From Pristiophorus japonicus (lineage: Eukaryota): DNA of 64,000 nt. Below, piece by piece: positions 13,350 through 26,892 of this stretch. A program made the position numbers and the translations under genes. The notes below the pieces were generated by a model. That model did no database searches and was not told where the DNA came from. It worked only from the letters and a program-made list of their open reading frames with translations. The stretch lies in NCBI RefSeq assembly GCF_044704955.1, contig NC_091980.1:266290001-266354000 (forward strand), in the 5' to 3' direction. Each line of letters opens with the position of its first letter. The stretch's first letter is position 1.

Positions 13350-13690
13350 ACCGATTTATATTGCACCTTACCACACCTCTCAAAGCACATCACAAGCACT
13401 GAATTAATTAAAGAGCAGTGGCCATTATGTAGGCAAATGCAGCCGACATTTTACACACAAGAACTAAGATAAAATGACTAAGCTGTCCTCAATGGTGATG
13501 GCGGTCAGAAAAATTATGACTCCCTGCTACTCTTTAAATATTGCAATGGGATCTTTAATATCCATCTGAACCACTGGCCCTTGCTTTAACAGCTAATTCA
13601 CTCCCTCGGTACTACACAGAGTGTCAGCCCAGATTATTTGCTCAAGTCCTGAATAGGGTTTTAGTCCATTAATTTCAGACGAATGCTACA
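13350..13690 (-). mobile_element. Deu-domain tRNA-derived SINE (SacSINE1-like), diverged
   Basis: Reverse-complement similarity to the 51690-52135 copy. Confidence 0.6.
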
Positions 13691-14540
13691 ATCACAGTGC
13701 AACCTTAGCATCAGTGCAAAGCAATTTCAACTTCACACAAACTCTAAACGTGTGGTGTGTAAATTGGGTGTCAAGGCTAAGTAATTACAAAGCAAAGCAG
13801 CACAAGACTACATCCATCTATCTCCAATACACATATGCACTTTCAAAAAGCATGTGTGATAAATCTCATAAGACAGTGGAAGAACAGTAATGACTAGACT
13901 ATAAGAAAAGCTGGATTATAAACTTAATTTGAGATAGGGTGAAACGACTAGTGGCATTACCCAGGCGGTCAAGCATCTAGTTCTTACAATCTACATAAAT
14001 GAATTAGAGGAGGAAATAATATACCAACATTAGTAATATTTGAAAATAAAATTAAAACTTGGCCAAGTGAAGTTAAAAGTTTGAAACTCTCCTTGTACCA
14101 ACATACCCATCCATCTTGTTTACTGCAATCTACTCCTCTTAATTGGAATTTTTTTTAACTATTGTATATACATTACCATTTTATTTTGCAAATAATTCAA
14201 TTCCATTACATGCAAAAAGTGACTGAATTAATCAACTGTATCCACCAACGCAACTTTGAGATACAGAGAGTAACATTTCTAAGTTTGCTGATGAACCAAA
14301 AGTACATGGTTAAAATTATTCAAAGGAACCCAGAGACACTGTAGTTGGGTGGATGACAGACCAATAGACAGCATTATTTTCATCATACTAAATTAGTTAT
14401 TTAGGGACTAAATTACTTGTGCAACGGCTGATATTGAAAACTTTTAAAATGTCAAATAAGCCACAACATGCCAAACATTTTCAGCTCCCTTAATATTTGG
14501 TCAAACAAAAATTACTGAGGATAGTAGTAAAGGATGTGTT

Positions 14541-15749
14541 TATTTGTAACAATTAAAAGCTCTGATTGGACCCCATTGATGACAAGTTTTGATTATGGAT
14601 TGGTCCCTTTGGATAATAAGACACACCCAGCAGTTTCTCAGGAATGTGTAATTGGAACCGCCCTGCCTACGTAATCAGTGACTTTGCAAAGTGTAATTCA
14701 AGCCTTTCCGACTGCCGACACTATACAGAGCAGAGCTCACTTGGAACAGACAGGGCTCACTCTCACGGGTTAAGGTCTTCTCCCAACCCCCACCACCCAA
14801 GTGCCTGACCTTACCCCCTCCCCAGGCCCAAATGCCTGATCATCCCCCGCTCCCCCCCCCCCAGCCCAAGTTTCTGCATCTCCCCCCAGCCTAAGCTTCT
14901 GACCATCTCCTCCCAGCCCAGGTGCCTGACCTCCCCACCCAGTCCAACTTCCTAAACTCCTCTTTCCCACTCGCCATCCAAGTTCCTGTCCTTCTCCTCC
15001 AGCCCAAGTCTCCCCCCCAAGTCACTCTCTCTCTCTCCCCCACTCCCTCTCTGCCCCAGTCTCTCACTCTTACTTCACCCCCCCAGTCTCTTCCTTACTT
15101 TTTCCACCCCACCGTCTCTCACTCACTCCACCGCACCACCCCCCCCCCCCCCCCCCACACACATTCTTTCTCTCTTTTGCTGCGCCCCCCCAAAGGGTTG
15201 GTCTCGGTCTCTCTCTCCTCCCTTCCCCAAAGTGTGTGGTTCTCTCTGCTCAATCTGTCTCTCCAGATAGCGATATTCTAGTCAAAGGTCCTGAAGGCTC
15301 CTTCAGCACAGTCATCGACAGTCATAGTCTCGAGCTACAGTTCCAGACTCTGCAACATGGTTAGGCCCTACTTCCAGCTTCCTCATGTATCGTACTGCAT
15401 ATGCAGGACACGAAAATGTTTGTGCACATAATCACTCCTGTCAGAAACTTGGGCTGGGAGAAGGAAGGGGAGTGGAGAAGGTCAGAAACTTGGGTGGTGG
15501 GGGATGGGGAGGAGAAGATCTTAACCTGCGAGAGTGAGCCCTGTCTATTCCAAGTGAGCACTGTTCTGTATGGAGTCAGCAGTCAGAATGGCTCGAATTA
15601 CATTTTGCAAAGTCACTGATTACGGAGGCAGGGCGGTTCTAATTACATTCCAGAGAAATTGTGGGCGGGGGGGGGGTCTTATCCTCCAAGGTGACGAATC
15701 AAGACTCGTCATCAAGGGGACCCAATTAGAGCTTTAGGTATTACAAATT
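14541..15749. repeat. Long imperfect inverted repeat (arms about 14541-14790 and 15500-15749) with a C-rich low-complexity spacer; probable non-autonomous DNA transposon
   Basis: Left arm CGTAATCAGTGACTTTGCAAA...CTCACTTGGAACAGACAGGGCTCACTCTC pairs with right arm GAGAGTGAGCCCTGTCTATTCCAAGTGAG...TTTGCAAAGTCACTGATTACG. Confidence 0.75.
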
Positions 15750-16030
15750 AATGCGTCGGTTTCTGACCCATCTCCCCCACCAGCCCAAGTTTCTGACCAT
15801 CCTCCCCTCCCCCACCCTTTTCGGACATCATGTCGTCGTCGTCCTCGTCCCACCCATGTTCCTGTCTTTCTCCCCTTCCCTCATATCGTATTGTACGAGT
15901 GACCAGATTGAGAGCGCATGTGCAAAAAGGGGCAGTGTCCATGGCGCACATGCACAGTGGGACACAAAAATGTTCGTGCAAATAATCATTCCGGATAGTA
16001 ATAGCATTTACTTTCCATTGTTTTTGACAG

Positions 16031-16172
16031 GATGATGAACTACGATATGAAAAGCGTCAATACGAAAAAGCCAAGTGGGCTTGTGTAACCCAGTGTGAAT
16101 CACGCTATGAACAAAGCATATGCCTGGGATTTATGAAACTGATGAAATACATTTGCCAACAAAACTCATCAG
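16031..16172 (+). CDS. soul3: soul3-like coding exon 3 (SOUL domain)
   Basis: Acceptor tttttgacag|; DDELRYEKRQYEKAKWACVTQCESRYEQSICLGFMKLMKYICQQNSS, containing the SOUL-family YExRxY...W and GFMKLMKYI motifs; donor CAG|GTGATT. Confidence 0.9.
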
Positions 16173-16912
16173 GTGATTCTCAAAAATGACAAATTACACC
16201 TAACAGATTAATGCACTGCAGCAAGCAGAATAGTAAAGTTACAATCTTCAACAAAAAACATACTTGCCCATTGGTATTTGCAGTGGTTTATATTATAACT
16301 GTCCTCCATCAGTTTTAATTCCTTTAACATTGTCAGATGTATGTTGCAGATTGCCTAGATTAATACATTAAAACAGAGAACTGTGGAATTGAGTCATTGA
16401 ATATATTTAAGGTGGAGATGGACAGATTTTTGAACGATAAGGGAGTCTAGAGTTATGGGGAGTGGGCAGGGAAGGAGTTGAGGCCAAGATCAGATCAGCC
16501 ATGATCTTACTCAATGACAGAGCAGGCTCGAGGGCCAAATGGCCTACTCCTGCTCCTATTTCTTATGTTCTTATGACATTGTAGACATGCCTTTGAAACA
16601 CCTACAGTATTCTATTTCTTTAATATCAGTTCCCTGTGTAGTTGAGAAAATTAAAACGTGCGTAGTTGAACCTTACACATTTCTTGGATGGTATTTGGAA
16701 TGAGATAATGTTGACCGCTTTCTTCAGTCCTTCGAAGTTGCTGCTAAACAGCCATGATAACTTTCTCAGATTTCCTAAATAAAGAAAGTCTATAAATAAT
16801 CAGAACACTTTTTTTGACAGCTGGAAAGCAAAAAGGTACTGTTTATATTCTTCTGCCAAATATACCCATTGTGTATGGCCCAATAATCTATTGGTCTACC
16901 TTGATTTTACAG

Positions 16913-17096
16913 GTCTCTTCCTGGGAATAACACTGCCTATTGTCACCACTGTGCGCACCAACCAGACCAGATCAGAACTCTGGCCTGAAGTAACCACAGC
17001 TTACTACCTGCCAGCACAATTTCAAGATCAGGCCCCACAGCCTTTTGACGCAGAAATTGCCATAGAGGAGTGGCCTGCTCATGTCGCTTACACTAG
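16913..17096 (+). CDS. soul3: soul3-like coding exon 4 (SOUL domain)
   Basis: Acceptor gattttacag|; GLFLGITLPIVTTVRT...AYYLPAQFQDQAPQPFDAEIAIEEWPAHVAYTR; donor AG|GTAAGC. Confidence 0.9.
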
Positions 17097-17370
17097 GTAA
17101 GCAGCTTAATGCAAGATTTTATCTGAAGCCGTAAGGCACATTACAAAGTAAGCCTATGTTACAAATATCTTAGCAAGCATTTAAACACCCAATAATCTTA
17201 ATATTCAAAAACTTGTAAAATAAGGGTGTAATTATTTTTTATTTCAGTGGTGTAAACATATATTTTTGGGGGTGAATCCTATGAAGTTTATGGGGATTCC
17301 ATACATAAATGGAATCACCATAAGCATAATGGGAATTCGCTATCCGATTGGTTGGGCTGGCCCATGTGAT

Positions 17371-20300
17371 CATAGAAACATAGAAAATAGGTGCAGGACT
17401 AGGCCTTTCGGCCCTTCGAGCCGACACTGCCATTCAATGAGTTCATGGCTGAACATGCAACTTCAGTACCCCATTCCTGCTTTCTCACCATACCCCTTGA
17501 TTCCCCCCAGTATTAAGGACAACATCTAACTCCTTTTTGAATATATTTAGTGAATTGGCCTCAACAACTTTCTGTGGTAGAGAATTCCACAGATTCACCA
17601 CTCTCTGGGTGAAGAAGTTTCTCCTCATCTCGGTCCTAAATGGCTTACCCCTTATCCTTAGACTGTGACCCCTGGTTCTGGACTTCCCCAACATTGGGAA
17701 CATTCTTCCTGCATCTAACCTGTCTAAACCCATCAGAATTTTAAGCGTTCTAGGAGATCCCCTCTCATTCTTCTGAACTCCAGTGAATACAAGCCCAGTT
17801 GATCCAGTTTTTCTTGATAGGTCAGTCCCGCCATCCCGGGAATCAGTCTGGTGAACCTTCGCTGCACTCCCTCAATGGCAAGAATGTCCTTCCTCAAGTT
17901 AGGAGACCAAAACTGTACACAATATTCCAGGTGTGGCCTCACCAAGGCCCTGTATAACTGTAGTAACACCTCCCTGCCCCTGTACTCAAATCCCCTCGCT
18001 ATGAAGACCAACATGCCATTTGCTTTCTTAATCACCTGCTGTACCTACATGCCAACCTTCAATGACTGATGTACCATGACACCCAGATCTCGTTACACCT
18101 TCCCTTTTCCTAATCTGTCACCATTCAGATAATAGTCTGTCTGTCTCTCTGTTTTTACCACCCAAGTGGATAATCTCACATTTATCCACATTATACTTCA
18201 TCTGCCATGCATTTGCCCACTCACCAAACCTATCCAAGTCACTCTGCAACCTCATAGCATCCTCCTCGCAGCTCACACTGCCACCCAACTTAGTGTCATC
18301 CGCAACTTTGGAGATACTACATTTAATCCCCTCGTCTAAATCATTAATGTACAATGTAAACAGCTGGGGTCCAGCACAGAACCTTGCGGTACCCCACTAG
18401 TCACTGCCTGCCGTTCTGAAAAGTACCCAATTACTCCTACTCTTTGCTTCCTGTCTGACAACCAGTTCTCAATCCAAGTCAGCACACTACCCCCAATCCC
18501 ATGTGCTTTAACTTTGCACATTAATCTCTTGTGTGGGACCTTCTGGAAGGCCTTCTGAAAGTCCAAATACACATCAACTGGTTCTCCCTTGTCCACTCTA
18601 CTGGAAACATCCTCAAAAAATTCCAGAAGATTTGTCAAGCATGATTTCCGCTTCATAAATCCATGCCGACTTGGACCTATCATGTCACCTCTTTCCAAAT
18701 GCACTGCTATGACATCCTTAATAATTGATTCCATCATTTTACCCACTACCGATGTCAGGCTGACCGGTCTATAATTCCCTGTTTTCTCTCCCTCCTTTTT
18801 TAAAAAGTGGGTTTACATTGGCTACGCTCCACTCCATAGGAACTGAACCAGAGTCTATGGAATGTTGGAAAATGACTGTCAATGCATCCGCTATTTCCAA
18901 GGCCACCTCCTTAAGTACTCTGGGATGCAGACTATCAGGCCCTAGGGATTTATCGGCCTTCAATCCCATCAATTTCCCCAGCACAATTTCCCGACTAATA
19001 AGGATTTCCCTCAGTTCCTCCTTCTTACTAGACCCCCTGATCCCTTTTATATCCGGAAGGTTGTTTGTGTCCTCCTTAGTGAATACCGAACCAAAGTACT
19101 TGTTCAATTGGTCTGCCATTTCTTTGTTCCCCGTTATTACTTCCCCTGATTCTGACTGCAGGGCACCTACGTTTGTCTTTACTAACCTTTTTCTCTTTAC
19201 ATATCTATAGAAACTTTTGCAGTCCGTTTTAATGTTCCCTGCAAGCTTCCTCTCGTACTCTATTTTGCCTGCCCTAATCAAACCCTTTGTCCTCCTCTGC
19301 TGAGTTCTAAATTTCTCCCAGTCCCCGGGTTCGCTGCTATTTCTGGCCAATTTGTATGCCACTTCCTTGGCTTTAATACTATCCCTGATTTCCCTTGATA
19401 GCCACGGTTGAGCCACCTTCCCTATTTTATTTTTACGCCAGACAGGGATGTACAATTGTTGTAGTTCATCCATGCGGTCTCTAAATGTCTGCCATTGCCC
19501 ATCCACTGTCAATCCCTTAAGTATCATTCGCCAATCTATCCTAGCCAATTCACGCCTCATACCTTCAAAGTTACCCTTCCTTAAGTTCTGGACCATGGTC
19601 TCGGAATTAACTGTTTCATTCTCCATCCTAATGTAGAATTCCACCATATTATGGTCACTCTTCCCCAAGGGGCCTCGCACAACGAGATTGCTAATTAATC
19701 CTCTCTCATTACACAACACCCAGTCTAAGATGGCCTCCCCCCTAGTTGGTTCCTCGACATATTGGTCTAGAAAACCATCCCTTATGCACTCCAGGAAATT
19801 CTCCTCCACCATATTGTTTCCAGTTTGATTAGCCCAATCTATATGCATATTAAAGTCACCCATGATAACTGCTGCACCTTTATTGCATACACCCCTAATT
19901 TCCTGTTTGATGCCTTTCCCAACATCACTACTATGGTTTGGAGGTCTGTACACAACTCCCACTAGCGTTTTCTGCCGTTTGGTATTCCGTAGCTCCACCC
20001 ATATCGATTCCACATCATCCAAGCTAATGTCTTTCATTACAATTGCATTAATTTCCTCTTTAACCAGCAACACCACCCCGCCTCTTTTTCCTTTGTCTAT
20101 CCTTCCTAAATGTTGAATACCCTTGGATGTTGAGTTCCCAGCCTTGGTCACCCTGGAGCTATGTCTCCGTGATGCCAACCACATCGTATCCGTTAACTGC
20201 TATCTGCACAGTTAATTCGTCCATCTTATTCTGAATACTCCTCGCATTGAGGCACAGAGCCTTCAGGCTTGCCTTTTTAACACACTTTGAACCTTTAGAA

Positions 20301-20865
20301 TTTTGCTGCAAAGTGGCCCTTTTTGTTTTTTGCCTTGGGTTTCTCTGCCCTCCACTTTTACTCTTCTCTTTTCTGTCTTTTGCTTCTGTCTCCATTTTGT
20401 TTCCCTCTGTCTCCCTGCATTGGTTCCCATCCCCCTGCCATATTAGTTTAACTCCTCCCCAACAGCACTAGCAAACACTCCCCCTAGGACATTGGTTCCG
20501 GTCCTGCCCAAGTGCAGACCGTCCGGTTTGTACTGGTCCCACCTCCCCTAGAACTGGTTCCAATGCCCCAGGAATTTGAATCCCTCCCTGCTGCACCACT
20601 GCTCAAGCCATGTATTCATCTGAGCTATCCTGCGATTCCTACTCTGACTAGCACGTGGCACTGGTAGCAATCCTGAGATTACTACTTTTGAGGTCCTACT
20701 TTTTTAAATTTAACTCCTCGCTCCCTAAATTCGTCTCGTAGGACCTCATCCCATGTTTTACCTATGTCGTTGGTACCTATATGCACCACGACAACTGGCT
20801 GTTCACCCTCCCTTTTCAGAATGTCCTGCACCCGCTCCGAGACATCCTTGACCCTTGCACCAGGG
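17371..20865 (-). mobile_element. Young CR1 LINE with the 3' part of ORF1 (SGNH esterase) and nearly complete ORF2 (APE + RT), several frameshifts; in soul3 intron 4
   Basis: ARVKDVSERV...VVVHIGTNDIG (esterase); CLNARSI, GVVYRPP, MGDFN, SDHNMV (APE); RT motifs; octamer tail. Confidence 0.95.
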
Positions 20866-21381
20866 AGTAAACTGCATGCGTCCCTGAGATACGTGGGCCT
20901 CTACGCAGGCCTATGAATAGAGGCCCAAGAGCACGAGTCTCCATAGATCCAGGACCACCAGGTAGGTGCGTACATTTATTGCAGTACGGAGTCATCCGCC
21001 CGCAGGAAGCCTCCGTCTGCAAAAATCAGGCCCATTATGTATTAGACGGATTTCACAATATTGATATTTTGATGGGCACAAGAACTGAAAGATCTGGTTG
21101 ACTTCAAAAAAAGACAGCTAACCCCCACCAATGTTTCCTCTAAATATTTTCTATTCAAAAGCCAGTTCACCAACTGCGTGGGACCTGCAGAAAACTGCGT
21201 AGTCATGTAGCTAATAGAAAGCATTAAACCCCGCTCAACATACATTATTATAGACATTAAAAGAAGAAATCATGTGCATTCGGGAACGTTTAAGCATCAG
21301 AATGCATTTAGAGATGTCAATATTGCAATTTTACCAGAAAAATAAAAATTACTGATCATTCATAACTTTCTGTTTGTACAG

Positions 21382-21553
21382 ACCCTTTAATGGCACCACC
21401 AATGAAGAGTCGATTCTACAAGAGATAAACCAATTAGCAGCGTACCTAGACTCACCCGAGTGGCTTCAGCAGGATACCTTTATTGTAGCTAGTTACAACA
21501 ACCCTGCTGCTCCAAACCGTGAGAATGAGATATGGTTTATTCAGAGACCCTGA
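21382..21553 (+). CDS. soul3: soul3-like terminal coding exon 5
   Basis: Acceptor tgtttgtacag|; (R)PFNGTTNEESILQEINQLAAYL...ASYNNPAAPNRENEIWFIQRP-stop with the SOUL C-terminal RxNEIWF motif; the five exons sum to 813 nt = 270 aa plus stop. Confidence 0.9.
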
Positions 21554-21693
21554 GCAAATCATTTGTATCTGATATGGAATACAGACCTTGTGCAGTGACC
21601 CATTTTGTGAAAATGTGAGTAATATGTGATAAGCAAGTTACCATTTAAGCTCATGCTAAGTAACTCAAAACCCCAGCACTTAAGAACTAACAT

Positions 21694-21699
21694 AATAAA
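21694..21699 (+). promoter_or_regulatory. Candidate polyadenylation signal of the soul3-like gene
   Basis: First AATAAA, about 140 nt after the stop codon. Confidence 0.4.
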
Positions 21700-21734
21700 A
21701 TGATCACAGGTTGACACTTAAAAACAAATTAGTA

Positions 21735-22001
21735 TGCACTAGGTCCGTGCAGTAGAGCTGATCTCCAGTCGTCTTGGTTAATCCTTGCCACTGGACCAAG
21801 AACTAGCTCAGTCAAGCCCGTGTGGTGGCTGGTGTGCAATGACCACCACATGTTAAAAAAATCCACACAGTCAATCTTCCACCCTTCAGGATGTTGGTCG
21901 GGACCTGGAATATTAGGTCCTTCATTGAAACATCGATGAACTCATCCCTTTTTGGCATGAAAGCAAGTCATCCTCGATACAAGGGACCGCCTATGATGAT
22001 G
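21735..22001 (+). mobile_element. Non-autonomous RTE-tailed element (SINE-like), 3' part
   Basis: Near-identical to 48045-48241 plus 49216-49302; ends AAGCAAGTCATCCTCG...CCTATGATGATG like the RTE copies. Confidence 0.7.
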
Positions 22002-23285
22002 GAGTGTGCCCAACATCATAGTTTGCCAAAGACCTTTAATTAAATTGTAGACATGGTCTTCATACTTATAAATTAGAACTCTAGTATAACCTGTTAAACA
22101 AGAAAAAATTAAAAATAAAATGATAGAAATATGGGAAGTGAGTGATGCCATGTAGTTACAAAAAAAGCTGCAATCAAAAAGTTGAACAATGCTCGCTCCC
22201 ACCGAAACAATTTAATGTTTTCCTATGCAATGGAAAAGCAGCCAGTTACACATCCACCAGGTGGGGTCTCCCAACTCAAAATTCCCCAAGAGATCCATTC
22301 AGGAATGCAAGACTAATCTGTTTCAGCTAGCTCTGGGTATCAGCGCTGTGCTAGCACTGGATACCAGTCTTGGCACTCAAGCTCAGCTTAAAAAGCTTTG
22401 CATCAATTAAGACTAAGTGCAAACTGAACTTCAAGTTATAGTAGAGGGCCAAGATTGACTTCCAGGACTGGAAAGGGTATTCAAAAGTCATCCACCATGA
22501 TATGATGTCTTAAAAAGACTGCTTTCTTACTATTAAAAAAAAGCACTCCTATTGGGTAGAGAAATTATAAATTTGGGCCAAGGAAAGAGCAGGAAGAAAA
22601 CATTTTTGTTTAAAATGCAATAAACTGAGGGTCAGGAAAAAAAAACGTTATTTTGGTTTAAATCGCAACATTATATGTTGGTCCAGAAGAATTCTATCTC
22701 CTGACAACTGTATTTCACAGTAGCTTAAGTTTTCAGCAAAATAAATATGTATGCAATAGATTGTCCTTGAAAGGCAAGCTAAAGAAATATTTAAAATAAT
22801 ACAACATAGACATCTAGCTTCTCTTGGACATGAAGCTATTAACATCTGCCATCCCGCACCTCCTCTACTATCATTGGATTTTTTTAAAACAAACACTCAC
22901 TTTTCTTGGGTAAGCACCAATACCACGAAGCGTCAAGCAAGAGATTGCCACAGTACAGAGTCAGCTTTTGCATCAAATGGTCTAGATTATCTTCACACTA
23001 AATATGAAGTGTATCCCATTTATAGAACATTATGCAGAAGCTGTATGGGATGAAGTCATTAAATACTATGTAGCAGCTGCATAAGCAAGAACGAACTTAG
23101 ACCTTGTCCAATTTTCCCACCCCCTCAATAACTCAAAGTCAAAGTGACTGTATCCTACACTGCCTATTAAACCCTAGAGTTCCACTTACGAATCAAATGC
23201 AATAGTAACTAATTACAAAGCAAAGCATTCATTTAGGGCAGATTGTAAAATCCAAAAAATTGCCTTTGCCTTTTACTCTCAACCT

Positions 23286-26200
23286 CATAACAACGTAAGA
23301 AATAGAAGGAAAAGGCCATTTGGTCCCTCGAGCCTGCTCCACCATTCAATAAGATCATGGCTGATCCGATCTGGACTCGGGTCCACTTCCCTGCCCACTC
23401 TCCTTAACCCCTTATTGTTTAAGAAACGGTCTATCTCTGTCTTAAATTTATTCAATGTCCCAGCTTCCACTGCTCTCTGAGGTAGAAAATCCCACAGATC
23501 CACAACCCTCAGAAGAAATTCCTCCTCATCTCAGTTTTAAATGGGTGGCCCCTTATTCTAAGATTATGCCCTCTCGTTCTAGGCTCCCCCATCAGTGGAA
23601 ACATTCTCACTGCATCCACCTTGTCAAGCCACCTCAATCGTATACATTTCGATAAGATCACCTCTCATTCTTCTGAATTCCAATGAGTAGAGGCCCAACC
23701 TGCTCAACCTTTCCTCATAAGTCAACCCCCTCATCTCTGAAATCAACCTTTTGAACCTTCTCTGAACTGCCTCCAAAGCAAGTATATCCTTTCGTAAACA
23801 TGGAAACCAAAACTGCATGCAGTATTCCAGGTGTGGCCTCACCAATACTCTACAACTGTAGCAAGACTTCCCTGCTTTTATACTCCATCTCCTTTGCAAT
23901 AAAGGTCAAGACTCCATTGACCTTCCTGATCACTTGCTGTACCTGCATACTAACTTTGTATGTTTCATGCACAAGTATGCCCAGGTCCCACTGTACTGCA
24001 GCACTTTGCAATCTTTCTCCATTTAAATATTAACTTGCTCTTTGATTTTTTTTCTGCCAAAGTGCATTACCTCACACTTTCCAACATTATACTCCATCTG
24101 CCAAATTTTTGCCCATTCACTTAGCCTGTCTATGTCCTTTTGCAGATTTTGTGTGTTCTCCTCACACATTGCTTTTCCTCCCATCTTTGTATCGTCAGCA
24201 AACTTGGCTACGTTACACTCAGTCCCTTCTTCCAAGTCGTTAATATAGATTGTAAATAGTTGGGGTCCCAGCACTGATCCCTGCGGCACTGGTTACTGAT
24301 TGCCAACCCGAGAATGAACCATTTATCCCTACTCTCTGTTTTCTGTTCATTAGCCAATCCTCTATCCGTGCTAATATATTACCCCCAACCCCGTGAACTT
24401 TTATCTTGTGCAGTAACCTTTTATGTGGCACCTTGTCAAATGCCTTCTGGAAATCCAAATACACCACATCCACTGGTTTTCCCCCTTATCCACACTGTTC
24501 ATTACATCTTCAAAAGAACTCCAGAAAATTTGTCAAACATGATTTATTTTTCATAAAACCACGCTGACTCTGCTTGATTGAATTATGCTTTTCCAAATGT
24601 CCCGCTACTGCTTCCTTAATAATGGACTCCAGCATTTTCCCAACGACAGATGTTAGGCTAACTGGTCTATAGTTTCCCACTTTTTGTCTGCCTCCTTTTT
24701 AAAAAAAAATAGAGGCGTTACATTTGCGGGTTTTCAATCCACTGGGACCGCCCCAGAATCCCGGTAATTTTGGTAGATTACAACCAGTGCATCCACTATA
24801 TCTGCAGACACTTCTTTTAAAGATCCTAGAATGTAAGCCATCAGGTCCAGGGGACTTGTCTGCGTTTAGTCCCATTATTTTACCGAGTACTACTTCATTA
24901 GTGATAGTGATTGAATTAAGTTCCTCCCTCCCTATAGCCCCTTGATTATCCACTATTGGGATGTTTTTACTGTCTTCTACCGTGAAGACTGAAACAAAAT
25001 ATGTGTTCAACATCTCTGCCATTTCCCAGTTCTCCATTATTAATTCCCCAGTATCATCCTCTAGGGGACCAACATTTACTTTAGCCATGCTTTTCCTTTT
25101 TATTTACCTGTAGAAACTCTTATTATCTGTTTTTATATTTCATGCTAGTTTACTTTCATAATCTATCTTCCCTCTCTATCAGTTTTTTAGTCATTCTTTG
25201 CTGGCTTTTAAAAGTTTCTCAATCCTCTGGCCTCCCACTAGTCTTGGCCACATTGTATGCCTTTGTTTTCAATGTGATACCATCCCTTATTTCCTTAGAT
25301 GCCCTAGATGGTTATCCCTTCTCCTCCAGTCTTTCCTTCTATTGGGATATATTTTTGTTGCAAGTTATGAAATATCTTCTTAAAATGTCACTGCTCATCA
25401 ACTATCCCATACTTTAAATCTATTTTCCCAGTGCACTTTAGCCAACTCTGCCCTCATACCCTTGTAGTCTCCTTTATTTAAGCTTAGGACACTGGTCTGA
25501 GAACCAACTTTCTCATCCTCCAACTGAATTTGAAATTCAACCATGTGATAGTAAAGGATCCTCTCGGAATGAGTGACTATGAGATCATTTATTAATCCAG
25601 TCTCATTACACAGTACCAGATCTAAGATAGCCTGCTCTCTGGTTGGTTCCGCAACGTACTGTTCAAGGAAACTATCTCGGATACACTCTATGAACTCTTC
25701 CTCAAGGCTACCCTGGCCAATTTACTTTGTCCAATCAATATGAAGGTTAAAAATCGCCCACGATTATTGCCGTTCCTTTATTTCAAGCCTCCATTATTTC
25801 TAGATTTATACTCCGTCCAACAGTGTAGCTACTGTTAGGGGGCCTATAGACTATGCCCACCAACGACTGTTGTCCCCTTATTATTCCTTATCTCCACCCA
25901 AACTGATTCAACATCTTGATCCTCTGAGCCAAGATCGCTTCCCACTAACGCACTGATCTCATCCTTTATTAACAGTGCTACCCCACCTCCTTTTCCTTTG
26001 TCTTTCCTTCCGAATTGTCAAATACCCCTGAATATTTAGTTCCCAGTCCTGGTCACCTTGCAACCATGTCTCTGTAATGGCTATCAGATCATACCTATTT
26101 GTACCGTCAACTCATCTGTTTTGTTATGAATGTTACGTGCATTCAGATGAAGAGCTTTTAAATTTGTTTTACCACCATTTTTTCCTGCTTTGACCCCATT

Positions 26201-26370
26201 TTCTGATTCATCTTTATATTTATACTTGCTGTCCCTTCCTGGCATGCTCTGGTTTTCATTTCCCCCAGTGCTACCCTGATCTATTGCCTTCTCCTTACTC
26301 TTTGACTTTTAAAATTTTCACTCACCTGAATCCTCCTGACCCACTAATTAGTTTAAAGCCCTCTCTACGG
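23286..26370 (-). mobile_element. CR1 LINE spanning most of ORF2, frameshifted
   Basis: DFQKAFDKVPH, PQGSVLGP, KFADDTK, HLEYC fragments plus APE-region similarity. Confidence 0.92.
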
Positions 26371-26892
26371 TCCTAATTTATTGAAGATTTTTTTTTTTAA
26401 AACATAACCAAAAAGAAATTAGATTTTTCAGTAGGTAAAATTTATAACAGGTTTATATTAGATTTTGGCAAAAAGAACCAGTTTTTCCCATTTTGAAATA
26501 GAACTACTAGTGTTTACAGACATCAATAAGGACAGATAAAACCTAGATTGCCCTACTAAAGATCATTTTTGAAGATCTTTCGCCAGAAACAAAAGTCATG
26601 GAGCTGCGTTGTGTTGATTTATTGCGGCTTTGAATCAAACTACAAAGTGATGTCATTCTTAAAAACTCAATATTAGTTCATTATTTAAAATTGAAACTTT
26701 ATATATTGCTGTATGCTTGACCCATTTGTGCATTAAAAGATTTGGTTAAAAACCGAAGCGCTGAATAGATGTAAAGATGTTAAACTGTAAAGCATGCTTA
26801 AACGTTGATAAATTCAGAGATCAAAGCAAAGTTCTTTAATGGTGTGTTAAGATTATTTCTTCAATAGCTTCAGAATGCTCAAAATACAATTA

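Noticed and set aside
14922-15281. Pro/Ser/Leu-rich ORF
   Set aside because: Arises from a C/T low-complexity spacer
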